The notes below the pieces were generated by a model that saw only the letters and a program-made list of their open reading frames with translations, was not told the DNA's origin and made no database searches. From contig CAZZIU010000002.1 in NCBI GenBank assembly GCA_964654545.1, positions 48,903 to 112,902 on the forward strand: a stretch of 64,000 nt of DNA, given 5' to 3'. Origin of the DNA: an uncultured bacterium (GTDB lineage Bacteria > Fidelibacterota > Marinisomatia > Marinisomatales > JABMOV01). Positions 41,451-51,155 of the stretch are shown piece by piece; positions within the stretch are counted from its first letter, which is position 1; the number at the start of each line of letters is the position of its first letter. A program made the position numbers and the translations under genes.

Positions 41451-44279
41451 ATGCTATTTAGCAGACTACCGGGTAGATTGTTTACTACCTATGTATTTAC
41501 TTATCTATCGATTGGGTATTCACAGATAATTGGTCAAAAAACCATCGCCGCCATACGTGTATCATTTATAGAAGATGTGATACAGAGTACAACTGGCAAT
41601 GGGTTGTTTCTTCTAGACGGTGACAATCAATTTTGTGGTGATTATACGATTGATCCTGTACCACATGATCGCGATTATTTTCGTTCTCAGCTTGTCGCTG
41701 TGGATTCCTATTTTAATCAGGTTTCATATCAACAACTATCTTTCGATCTTGATAATTCTGTAGTATTCCCCAAGGGTAACACAGATAGTTACCAACTTCC
41801 ACACACAATGGATTATTACCATCCCTATGGTGAGGATAACATTTCCGATCAACGACTGGCAGAATTATTCAGGGATGCTGTTGAAGCGTCGTATGATGAA
41901 GACCAGATTGATTTTTCAGCTTTTGATATTGTTGTTGTATTCCATGCTGGGGTGGGACAGGATTTTGCGTTACCATTTTTGGATCCAACTCCAGAGGATA
42001 TACCCTCGACTTTTATTGACAACGTGATGATTCAGGAAAATCTAGGCGCATCTGGTATACAGGTTGGTGGTGTTGAAATAACCGAAGGCATCCTCTTGCC
42101 GGAGACACAAAATCATCTTCTTTTTGAAGATTTAAGAGATGCGTTTGGGACTGAATTCAGTGCCTGCGAATATCAATTTGGACTTACCGGTACCTTCTCA
42201 TTAATGATGGGATTTTTACTGGGATTACCACCTTTATGGGATATCGAAACGGGACAAAGCGGTATAGGCGTTTTTGGTTTGATGGATCAAGGATCCAACA
42301 ATGGCAGGGGACTGATTCCTGCTCCTCCCAATTCTTGGACGCGCATTTTTGCTGGGTGGGAGACGGCCCTGCCGTCTAATATAGATGGAAGTTATACAGA
42401 TGTAATAATACGAAGTAAAGGCAGTACCAGAGTTGCTCAGGTTGATGAGGATGAATACTTTTTGATTGAAAACCGAAACAATACACTACGTGAAAGTGTA
42501 TCAATCGATTCGTTACGATATTTGTACTATTTACAAAACGATAATTATCCTCCCTATGTCCAAATTTTGTTTGATTCCACAAACGTTGACCGAGATACAA
42601 ACGGCGTTGTAACGCACATTCCAAATTATGATATAGGATTGCCAAACTCCGGTTTGCTTATCTGGCATATAGATGCATCCAGAATTCAACAGGGAATTGG
42701 AGATTACTCAATAAATAGTAACCCAAATGCAAGAGGTGTGGATCTAGAAGAAGCGGATGGTGCAAAAGATATTGGATTTCCATCAATTTTTCCTTTTAAC
42801 GACCCCTCTGCCGGATATTTTGCAGACATGTGGTACAAAGGGAATCAGGAGTATTACCGTTTTAATCCATATTTAAAGCGCGAAAAACTGGTATTTGGGC
42901 CCTTTACCATGCCTAACACCAGAAACAATGAGAATGTGGCAACCCATATCTCCATTGATTCAATTGGCGTTGTAAGTGATACCATGTATTTTATTGTGCG
43001 GAATGAATTTTTACAGACCGGATTTCCCATTGCTAATCTCCGTATGCACTTAGGATGGGATATTGATGGAGATGGTACAACCGAGTATATTGTTGGAAAA
43101 GATTCATTGTCTATAACAACAGATCTATTCGAAGGAGGATTATTTTTTCATGCAATTCGTGCAGATTCATTTCAAGTATTATTAACGAATTTTGAAACCG
43201 ACAATGATATTGCAATTGTTGAAATTTTTGAAGATTCGATTATGGTTTCCGTATTTAACTCGTCAGAAAATCAAGTAGAACTAGAATGGCAACAAACAGG
43301 GTTTGTGGGTAGTGATTTTAATATCTCAGGATTTCCCGACACTAACTTGGTAACGATTAAAACAAACACACAACGCTGTGTGTTTGGGCCAGACAGTGTT
43401 GCTTGTGTCGGAATTTCGGATACAAATGAAATGGCTTCTCTTAGAAGTGAGATCACCGTGGGAGGAACAACCACCGTAACCAATGTAACAGCAGCAGGAA
43501 TTGGTCGTGTAACCATAGATGAATTTGAGATTAACAATCTTGGGAGAATTCAGCAAGTTGCTATGGTGGATTTGGATATATCACAGGATGCTGAATTATT
43601 GGTGCTATCTGAAACAGGTGTTCTACATGCGCTTCATGAAAACACCACTTTTGTCAGTGGTTTTCCTTTTTCTGAAAATAATATTGAACGATTTTTGGTC
43701 CAGAATCTTTTTGCTGACGGCCACCCAGAAATTGTGCTACAAAACACGGATAAGGATTTATTTATATACAATTGGAAAGGCAAACTTCAATACCGCTTGG
43801 GAAATCCCACAGATGGTAAGTTGGTACAACTTGGTGCTTATCGCAATAAGAATGCAATCTTTACATCCGATGCTATTTGGACTTTTGATGATACCACATC
43901 CAGCTCAAACGCCTGGCCGTTGATCCATGCAGACCCGGCACAAACAAACATATTCAAACTGAATTACCAAAGTCCATTTGAAAATACATCGAGTATTCTG
44001 GATAACCGCAAAACATATGCGTATCCAAACCCTGCAGAAAATGGTTATGTAAAGATTCGGTGTACGGTGAATGATGCCGATAAAATAACATGTGAGATTT
44101 TTGATTTTGCAGGATATTTTGTAAGACGATTTACCAATAATCAGCCTGTGAATCTAAATCCCAATGAATTTTACTGGGATGTGAGTGGGGTGGAGCCAGG
44201 CGTGTATTTTGCAACAGTAAGGGCTACCAATGGGGTGACCTCTAAAAGCAAAATATTAAAAATCGGCGTACTCCAGTAA
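41451..44279 (+). CDS. T9SS-sorted M6 (immune-inhibitor-A)-like protein with a degenerate active site, FG-GAP-like repeats and a C-terminal sorting domain
   Basis: VVVFHAGVGQD and GTFSLMMGFLLGLPPLWD...GLMDQGSNNG...WTRIFAGW align to M6 G..AHEFGHDLGLPDLYD, with HExxH replaced by LMxxF. DIDGDGTTEYIVG is present. The C-terminal YAYPNPAENGYVKIRC...GVYFATVRATNG...KILKIGVLQ is a Por_Secre_tail-type CTD. Confidence 0.7.
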   Translation: MLFSRLPGRLFTTYVFTYLSIGYSQIIGQKTIAAIRVSFIEDVIQSTTGNGLFLLDGDNQFCGDYTIDPVPHDRDYFRSQLVAVDSYFNQVSYQQLSFDLDNSVVFPKGNTDSYQLPHTMDYYHPYGEDNISDQRLAELFRDAVEASYDEDQIDFSAFDIVVVFHAGVGQDFALPFLDPTPEDIPSTFIDNVMIQENLGASGIQVGGVEITEGILLPETQNHLLFEDLRDAFGTEFSACEYQFGLTGTFSLMMGFLLGLPPLWDIETGQSGIGVFGLMDQGSNNGRGLIPAPPNSWTRIFAGWETALPSNIDGSYTDVIIRSKGSTRVAQVDEDEYFLIENRNNTLRESVSIDSLRYLYYLQNDNYPPYVQILFDSTNVDRDTNGVVTHIPNYDIGLPNSGLLIWHIDASRIQQGIGDYSINSNPNARGVDLEEADGAKDIGFPSIFPFNDPSAGYFADMWYKGNQEYYRFNPYLKREKLVFGPFTMPNTRNNENVATHISIDSIGVVSDTMYFIVRNEFLQTGFPIANLRMHLGWDIDGDGTTEYIVGKDSLSITTDLFEGGLFFHAIRADSFQVLLTNFETDNDIAIVEIFEDSIMVSVFNSSENQVELEWQQTGFVGSDFNISGFPDTNLVTIKTNTQRCVFGPDSVACVGISDTNEMASLRSEITVGGTTTVTNVTAAGIGRVTIDEFEINNLGRIQQVAMVDLDISQDAELLVLSETGVLHALHENTTFVSGFPFSENNIERFLVQNLFADGHPEIVLQNTDKDLFIYNWKGKLQYRLGNPTDGKLVQLGAYRNKNAIFTSDAIWTFDDTTSSSNAWPLIHADPAQTNIFKLNYQSPFENTSSILDNRKTYAYPNPAENGYVKIRCTVNDADKITCEIFDFAGYFVRRFTNNQPVNLNPNEFYWDVSGVEPGVYFATVRATNGVTSKSKILKIGVLQ

Positions 44280-44294
44280 CTTGAAGAAACCACA

Positions 44295-47243
44295 ATGAAA
44301 TTTTCGCTGTTTTTCGTTGTTTCTGCATTTACGTTAGGATTTGGCCAAATCCAATACAACCATAATGAATTACACTGGCATACTTTTGAAACGGATCATT
44401 TTTACATCCATTATCATGATGAAACCGAATGGACAGCACGTGAAGGAGCTATTGTAGCAGAAACGATTTATCCTAAGATAACATCATTGTATGATCTTGA
44501 ACCTGCAACCAAAACTCACCTGGTTTTCATTGATACTGACGATTTTTCGAATGGTGCTGCATATTATTATGACAATAAAATTTTTATTTGGGCATCACCA
44601 CTGGATTATGCCCTGAGAGGAAGTCATCGCTGGCTGCAAAATGTAATTACCCACGAGTTCACCCATATTGTGTCTATTCAAAAGGCAATGAAGGCTGGTG
44701 TTAAAATTCCAGGTGCTTACTTACAGATCATGGGGTATGAACAGTACAAACGCAAAGATGTGCTATATGGATTTCCAAACAAGCTCATTAGTTACCCTTT
44801 GCCAGGAGCAATTGTACCCCCCTGGCTGGCAGAGGGCGTTTCGCAATATATGTACGATGGTGCGGACTGGGATATTTGGGATAGCCATCGTGATATGATA
44901 CTTCGCGACCGTGTATTGCATGACAATTTATTGTCATTTGATGCCATGAATACATTTGGTAAAAGCGGAATTGGGAACGAATCTGTGTACAATTCGGGAT
45001 ATGCCCTGAGCAGGTATATTGCCGTAAAGTATGGTTCGGATAGTTTTAGAAAAATTATGGAAGCCATGTCGAATCCATTTCAATTTTCTATCAACTCGGC
45101 TCTTAAGAAATCTATTGGAATTTCCGGTGACGAATTATACCGTGATTTTAAGACGACTCTTGAAGCCCGTTATGAGATACTCACCACCTCTGCAAAAGAA
45201 AACAATGTAAAAGGCAAAATTATTGTCGGTGAGGGAACAACCAATATTTTTCCTGTCTGGCACCCTGATGGAAAATCATTTGCCTATTTATCCAATAAAA
45301 GGAATGATTATTTCGGTCAAACCGAACTATATGTATTTAACGTAGCAGACAGTTCGGAAAAATTAATCGCAAGCGGTGTTTCAAGTGCTCCCTGCTGGCA
45401 TCCCGATGGGAAACATTTATATTATAGTCGACGACCTGAGCGCCCCAACAAGCATGGATCGCGCTTCTTCGATATATTTGAGTACAACATGGTGACGGAG
45501 GAAGAAACAAGATTAACAAAGGATACACGTGGCTTTGCCCCGGTGTACATTTCTAAGGATTCTACCATAGCATTTCTCGGAACTTGGGATGGGGGACAGA
45601 ACATTCATTTATTGGACTTGTCAGATTATCAGCTGTACCAATTGACTGATTTTGAGGATCATCGTATGATCCATTCTCTAGCATACGATGAAGGAAACAA
45701 CCGCTTGTTATTCGACTACACCAATCACCATTTTAGGAACATTGGTTACTATTCATTTGAGGATACAACTCTGGGTGATTTTGTTGCAGAACCCATGTGG
45801 GATGAACGAGATATCACCATTTCCAATGGGAAGGTTTTCTATTCTGACGATAGAACAGGTATCTATAATTTATATACAATTGCAGAAGATCAGCAGTCGC
45901 AGGGATTTATCACAAACGTACTTGGTGGGGCATTTATGCCAAGTATTTCCAATGAAGGAAAAATATTATATTCGCATTACCAGAACGGTAGCTATAATAT
46001 TGCATTATTAGATTCAATTAAAGTAATAGATGAGATAAAAGTAGGGTATTCGCCCAGCTATTATTTACGTAATGAATCGTTATCGTTACCCATTACAGAA
46101 CTCGACACAACTCCGGCAATTTCCTACACGGATCAATTTGCTAACATGTTTATCATGCCAAAACTCATGTTTGATTATGGAACGATAAAACCAGGATTTT
46201 ATTTTTACTCAAGTGAAATTATCAACCGACTAAATATTTTTGGCGGTGCATCTGTCAATGAGATTAAGGACCTTGATTTATTTTTCTTGTTTGAGTTTAA
46301 TCAATTTTATCCAACCTTATTTTTGGAAATGTTTTATATTACCAGAAATCTAAAAGAAGCAAATACGTATAGTGATGCATATCCGCTTGATGATAGAATA
46401 CGGTATAGACTTACCTATTTCAGGGGTGGATTACGATTTCCGATTTTAGGTCGGCATAGTCTGGAAGTATCATCGACTTGGCAGGTCTATCGTGCATTCA
46501 TCGATGAATCGATTCCTGAGGAAGGTATTCTGCAGGGATTTGCATACGATTATTACAAGGGATGGGTGAGCAGTCTGCACTGGAATACAGAAGCAATTAA
46601 ACGGCGCTACGATTCGGATATTCTTCCTTCAAAGGGATTTTTCCTGGATGCGACTCTAAGTTTGGAAAAAAATAATTTTATTGAGGGTCTGAATCTGTCC
46701 GATGCAGGAACAATCGTTCCAGAATTCCGTAAGCACAATGACTTAATTCGTTTCGAGGGAGAAGGAAGTTATCATTGGGAAATTCCAAAAACAAATCGCT
46801 GGACTCTTTCTTTTAAATCAATTGCCGGATGGATGAATAATACAGAAGCAGATTCATTTTTCAATTTTTTCGGCGGTGGAATGATAGGTCTTCGTGGATA
46901 CCCCTTTTATAGTATTGAAGGTAATCGAATGGCAATTGGATCGTTAGCATTCCGCATACCACTAGTTCGCCAGGAGCATATTAAGCTGGGATGGTTTACG
47001 CTACAAAATTCCGCAATTGGTTTGATCGTCCAGGGAGGCGATGCCTGGAGCGATTCATTTGCAATGAAAACTTCTTTAGGATTTCAATGGCGGTTTAATG
47101 GGTATTCCTTTTATAATTTCCCGACTGGAATTGGACTAGAGATTCATCAAGGTCAGTCCAAAATAACAAATAGTGTCAATGATGAGGTTTTTACATATGG
47201 AAAAGACAACCAGTACTATATCACCATATTATTTGGTTTTTAA
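44295..47243 (+). CDS. Fusion protein: zincin (Peptidase_MA-like) domain + TolB-like PD40 beta-propeller + C-terminal Omp85-family beta-barrel
   Basis: Signal peptide. HEFTH at 44652-44666 with the downstream WLAEGVSQY. PD40 repeats PVWHPDGKSFAYLS and PCWHPDGKHLYYS. Omp85 motifs FFGGGMIGLRGYP (LRGY at 46890-46901) and IVQGGDAW, with a terminal ...ITILFGF. Confidence 0.75.
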   Translation: MKFSLFFVVSAFTLGFGQIQYNHNELHWHTFETDHFYIHYHDETEWTAREGAIVAETIYPKITSLYDLEPATKTHLVFIDTDDFSNGAAYYYDNKIFIWASPLDYALRGSHRWLQNVITHEFTHIVSIQKAMKAGVKIPGAYLQIMGYEQYKRKDVLYGFPNKLISYPLPGAIVPPWLAEGVSQYMYDGADWDIWDSHRDMILRDRVLHDNLLSFDAMNTFGKSGIGNESVYNSGYALSRYIAVKYGSDSFRKIMEAMSNPFQFSINSALKKSIGISGDELYRDFKTTLEARYEILTTSAKENNVKGKIIVGEGTTNIFPVWHPDGKSFAYLSNKRNDYFGQTELYVFNVADSSEKLIASGVSSAPCWHPDGKHLYYSRRPERPNKHGSRFFDIFEYNMVTEEETRLTKDTRGFAPVYISKDSTIAFLGTWDGGQNIHLLDLSDYQLYQLTDFEDHRMIHSLAYDEGNNRLLFDYTNHHFRNIGYYSFEDTTLGDFVAEPMWDERDITISNGKVFYSDDRTGIYNLYTIAEDQQSQGFITNVLGGAFMPSISNEGKILYSHYQNGSYNIALLDSIKVIDEIKVGYSPSYYLRNESLSLPITELDTTPAISYTDQFANMFIMPKLMFDYGTIKPGFYFYSSEIINRLNIFGGASVNEIKDLDLFFLFEFNQFYPTLFLEMFYITRNLKEANTYSDAYPLDDRIRYRLTYFRGGLRFPILGRHSLEVSSTWQVYRAFIDESIPEEGILQGFAYDYYKGWVSSLHWNTEAIKRRYDSDILPSKGFFLDATLSLEKNNFIEGLNLSDAGTIVPEFRKHNDLIRFEGEGSYHWEIPKTNRWTLSFKSIAGWMNNTEADSFFNFFGGGMIGLRGYPFYSIEGNRMAIGSLAFRIPLVRQEHIKLGWFTLQNSAIGLIVQGGDAWSDSFAMKTSLGFQWRFNGYSFYNFPTGIGLEIHQGQSKITNSVNDEVFTYGKDNQYYITILFGF

Positions 47244-48174
47244 ATTATTATTTATTTCAATTGTTAGTTTACAAGTGACATTATTTGCCGGTTCTCCGCT
47301 GGATACATATAATCCGCGATTTGTACATCAACAGCAAAAATTTGATTTTACTCAAAATATGAGTATTGTGTCTGATTTATCAATGGATAGAGTGGACTCA
47401 ATCAAAATCTATCCAGGGCGTCCATTAATTATGTCTTTATTACTTCCAGGGGCGGGTCAGTTTTATAACCATGATTCGTGGCTTAAAATTGGCGCATTTG
47501 CCGGGGTAGAATTAACAAGTGTAATGGCGTATTTTAACTTTATTGATAAAGCAAATCAGCTCCAGAGCGAATACGAATCTTTTGCAGACTTGCATTGGTC
47601 AATTGAAGATTGGGTAATAAACACAAGTGAGGTAATGAATCGTTATCCTGACCTTTACTCTGATGTAAGAATTGACGGTACCCATTCGTTACTGCTGCAC
47701 CTTCCGGAAAACATGATTGAAGAGCACGGAGAATTTGTTTCCTCTGATATTCTTGATAGTCTACCTGAGTGGGGTTACAATACAGATTTGGGTGTAACTG
47801 TAGTGCGTGATAGAGACTTTTATGAGAATATAGGCAAGTATGATCAGTTTGTCGGAGGATGGGATGATTTTGACCCGAATAATATTTTGGCCAAAGAAAA
47901 AGATGTGGGTGATTCTACCGAGGTAATAATTGTTACATCTAGGAAAAACAAATATTTGAATACGAGATATGATAGTAATCAGAAATTAAAGATGGCCAAT
48001 TACGCTATAACAGCTCTGCTTTTTAATCACGTCTGGAGTGCAATTGACGCAGTATTGGTTGCCAATAAAAATAAGCAAAAGGAAAGCAATGGTGTTAAAA
48101 CTGATGTTGGGTTGCTATACGACGGCAGAACAAAATACGGAATTGGCGGTGTTTCCGTTTCGGTTAAATTTTAG
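47233..48174 (+). CDS. DUF5683-like membrane/periplasmic protein
   Basis: SLLLPGAGQFYN followed by a TM helix, the motif I associate with DUF5683. The start is ambiguous: TTG 47233 gives the signal-like MVFKLLFISIVSLQVTLFA, and ATG 47197 or 47173 are also possible. Confidence 0.5.
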   Translation: MVFKLLFISIVSLQVTLFAGSPLDTYNPRFVHQQQKFDFTQNMSIVSDLSMDRVDSIKIYPGRPLIMSLLLPGAGQFYNHDSWLKIGAFAGVELTSVMAYFNFIDKANQLQSEYESFADLHWSIEDWVINTSEVMNRYPDLYSDVRIDGTHSLLLHLPENMIEEHGEFVSSDILDSLPEWGYNTDLGVTVVRDRDFYENIGKYDQFVGGWDDFDPNNILAKEKDVGDSTEVIIVTSRKNKYLNTRYDSNQKLKMANYAITALLFNHVWSAIDAVLVANKNKQKESNGVKTDVGLLYDGRTKYGIGGVSVSVKF

Positions 48175-48183
48175 AGGGATGAT

Positions 48184-48951
48184 TTGAAAAAAATAAGATA
48201 TATAGTTGCTGGTTTAATTCTACTGGGTTTGATAGGGTGTTCGGGAAATAAATCAAAAGAAGACACCGATATTCAGGCCCGCTTTGAAAAAGGTATGAAA
48301 TATTTTGACAAGGAAAAATATCTTCGCGCCCAGGAGGAATTTAATTACGTATCCCTGAGTGGTTCTCATACAGATTATGGTGATGATGCTTCCTTTTATT
48401 TGGCTGAATCCTATTTTTACAATAAAGAATATATTCTTGCTAGAGCCGAATATGATCGGCTTATACGACGGATGAGTTTTACGCCATATCTGGAACAGGC
48501 GCGATGGCGAATTTGTGAATGTTATGTCAAGGAATCACCTAAATACTATCATGACCAAACCAGTACGGATAAGGCGCTGGCCAAGTTGCAGGAATTCATT
48601 GATGATTTCCCACAATCAGATTATGGTGAAGAAGCGGAAAATACATTGGTGGAGTTAAGGTATAAACTGGGTAAAAAAGCATACGAGACTGGAATTTTAT
48701 ATATCAAATTAGGTGCTTACGATTCTGCAATACTGGCCTTTGAACAAGTTCTTGAAAAATATTATGATACACCTTTTGTAGAGATGGCTCATACTGAAAT
48801 AATACACAGCTATTGTCTGGCATTGGATATTGACAAGGCCGAAGTCTATTACGATGAGGTAAAAGCCACGATTCAGGATGACGCGTTGCAATCTGATATT
48901 GCAGGATACATGGAAAAAGCCAGAAAAAAAATTGCCAAGCAAGAGAATTAA
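48184..48951 (+). CDS. bamD: Outer membrane protein assembly factor BamD
   Basis: Lipobox LLGLIGC and TPR-like helices: FEKGMKYFDKEKYLRAQEEF, ASFYLAESYFYNKEYILARAEYDRLI, ALAKLQEFIDDFPQSDY. Confidence 0.8.
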   Translation: MKKIRYIVAGLILLGLIGCSGNKSKEDTDIQARFEKGMKYFDKEKYLRAQEEFNYVSLSGSHTDYGDDASFYLAESYFYNKEYILARAEYDRLIRRMSFTPYLEQARWRICECYVKESPKYYHDQTSTDKALAKLQEFIDDFPQSDYGEEAENTLVELRYKLGKKAYETGILYIKLGAYDSAILAFEQVLEKYYDTPFVEMAHTEIIHSYCLALDIDKAEVYYDEVKATIQDDALQSDIAGYMEKARKKIAKQEN

Positions 48952-49538
48952 TGAAAATATGTTTGTTTGGCGGTACGTTTGATCCCCCGCATATTGGTCA
49001 TTTGCTGGTAGCGCAGACTATTTGTGAGGCGGAAGAATTTGACAAGATTGTATTTGTACCAGCTTACAAAGCTCCTCATAAGATAAAAAACCAGACTTCC
49101 GATATAGAGCGGCGCTTAGAAATGCTTGAATTAGCAATTCTAGATAATCCAAAATTTGAAATATCAGATATTGAAATCAAAAGAAAAGGTGTATCCTATT
49201 CGCTGGAAACGATTCAGCAATACAAGCGTCAGAATGGCGTTGTGAAGGATAATCTATATTTTCTACTCGGTAGTGATTCGCTAAAAGAATTCCATACCTG
49301 GCATGAACCGGATCAAATCTTGGCAGAATGCCACGTTATTGTTGCTTTGCGACCGGGATTTGACCCCACCACTGTTCACAGGGAAATTTTATCAAAGGTA
49401 CAGGTTGCGAACATACCGCGCTTTGATGTGGCCTCAACTATCATTAGAAAGCGATGGGTTGAAGGGAAGACAATTCGATATATGGTAACACTCCCAGTAT
49501 GGGAATATATTAATAAACATAATTTGTACCAGTTATGA
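48951..49538 (+). CDS. nadD: Nicotinate-nucleotide adenylyltransferase
   Basis: GGTFDPPHIGH, GSDSL..F..W, and ISSTxIR-like VASTIIRKR. Confidence 0.9.
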   Translation: MKICLFGGTFDPPHIGHLLVAQTICEAEEFDKIVFVPAYKAPHKIKNQTSDIERRLEMLELAILDNPKFEISDIEIKRKGVSYSLETIQQYKRQNGVVKDNLYFLLGSDSLKEFHTWHEPDQILAECHVIVALRPGFDPTTVHREILSKVQVANIPRFDVASTIIRKRWVEGKTIRYMVTLPVWEYINKHNLYQL

Positions 49539-50458
49539 TAACATCTACTGGATTTCTGATATTAGGTACAATTCTACTCTATTTTGGAGCAGAATGGGTT
49601 GTTAAAAGCGGTGTACATATTGCCGAAGAATTTAATATATCTCCGATTGTCATTGGTCTTACAGTAGTTGCATTTGGTACCTCTTTACCTGAATTGGTTG
49701 TGAGTATGGATGCCGCATTATCCGGCGCTGAAACAATTGCAGTTGGCAATGTAATCGGATCTAATATTGCAAATGTTGGGTTGGTATTGGGTATTAGCTC
49801 ATTAATTTTTCCTCTCACCATAAAATATGGAGAAATAAAACGCGATCTGCTTTATTATGTATTTATTTGCCTGATTTTTATCGCAATGATATCTGATGGA
49901 ATCATTACCCGTTTAGAGGGTTCACTTTTAACAATTGGTATAATTGGTTACACCAGTTATTCTATCAAGCGCCCTCCGGAAATTGTGGATGAGCGTGAAG
50001 AACATTTTAAATCCATGCATAGGGCAATAGTGGCATTAGTAGTAGGTGTTGGCATGTTGTGGTTGGGGGCCGAATTTTTTGTTTTTGGTGCTGTAAAGAT
50101 GGCACGATTACTTGGTGTTGGTGAAATTGTGATCGGTATGTCCATTGTGGCGTTAGGGACATCTCTACCAGAGTTTGCAACTTCCTTTGTTGCTGCACTT
50201 CGAAAACAAAGTTCCATATCCATTGGAAATATTATCGGCTCAAATTTATTTAATATTCTATCCGTTTTGGGATTCACGGCATTGGTTAAGCCTCTTCGCG
50301 CACCCACAGAAATTTTATCACTCGAGGTTCCCTACATGTTTATGTATGGTTTGGTGCTGTTCCCGCTGGCGTGGATTAAGCAACCAGTTCCACGGTGGAT
50401 TTCTACATTGCTATTTCTTGGATATGTAGGATTTATCGCGTTACTCTTTACAAGATAA
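49535..50458 (+). CDS. Calcium/sodium antiporter (CaCA family, YrbG-like)
   Basis: Two alpha-repeats: GTSLPELVVS...GNVIGSNIANVGLVLG and GTSLPEFATS...GNIIGSNLFNIL. Confidence 0.85.
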   Translation: MITSTGFLILGTILLYFGAEWVVKSGVHIAEEFNISPIVIGLTVVAFGTSLPELVVSMDAALSGAETIAVGNVIGSNIANVGLVLGISSLIFPLTIKYGEIKRDLLYYVFICLIFIAMISDGIITRLEGSLLTIGIIGYTSYSIKRPPEIVDEREEHFKSMHRAIVALVVGVGMLWLGAEFFVFGAVKMARLLGVGEIVIGMSIVALGTSLPEFATSFVAALRKQSSISIGNIIGSNLFNILSVLGFTALVKPLRAPTEILSLEVPYMFMYGLVLFPLAWIKQPVPRWISTLLFLGYVGFIALLFTR

Positions 50459-50504
50459 GTTGAAACTTGTTTACAACATAAGACCAAGCATGATAGATTA
50501 AATT

Positions 50505-51155
50505 ATGATTCAATTTGAAAATGTCAGCTTCTCATATCCTCGAGGCGGAGGAGTCGAGAATATTAATCTTTCTATCACACCAGGTGAATTTGCATTTTTA
50601 ATTGGTCCAACCGGGTCAGGTAAAACAACATTAATGAAGCTGATTTATTGTGACCTTTACCCCGATTCCGGCACACTGCATGTAAACGGCAAAAAAACAA
50701 CCAAGTTAAAGAAAAGACATGTAGCCAAATTTCGAAAGGAAATTGGGTATATTTTTCAAAATTATTATCTCATGCCTGATAGGAATCTCTTTCAAAATAT
50801 TGCTCTTGCGTTGCATATTTTAGGTGTCGATAAAAATGACGTTGAAACACGTGTGTTAGACGCATTGGATGCTGTTGGCCTGGCAGATAAGGAATCACAT
50901 TTCCCCCATGAACTATCGGGGGGAGAACAGCAGCGCGCCTGCATTGCAAGGGCGTTGGTGAAAGACCCTGATATTTTGCTGGCTGATGAACCGACAGGAA
51001 ATTTGGATCCCATCACCTCATTTGATTTAATCAAATTATTGGAAAAAATTAACGGTGAGGGCACCACGATTTTAATGGCTTCCCATAACTACAGTCTTAT
51101 AAAAGGGCGTGGTAATCGTATATATGAAATGCAGCAAGGACAGTTACAGATATAA
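50505..51155 (+). CDS. ftsE: Cell division ATP-binding protein FtsE
   Basis: GPTGSGKTT, LSGGEQQR and LLADEPTGNLD. 216 aa, followed by ftsX. Confidence 0.9.
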   Translation: MIQFENVSFSYPRGGGVENINLSITPGEFAFLIGPTGSGKTTLMKLIYCDLYPDSGTLHVNGKKTTKLKKRHVAKFRKEIGYIFQNYYLMPDRNLFQNIALALHILGVDKNDVETRVLDALDAVGLADKESHFPHELSGGEQQRACIARALVKDPDILLADEPTGNLDPITSFDLIKLLEKINGEGTTILMASHNYSLIKGRGNRIYEMQQGQLQI

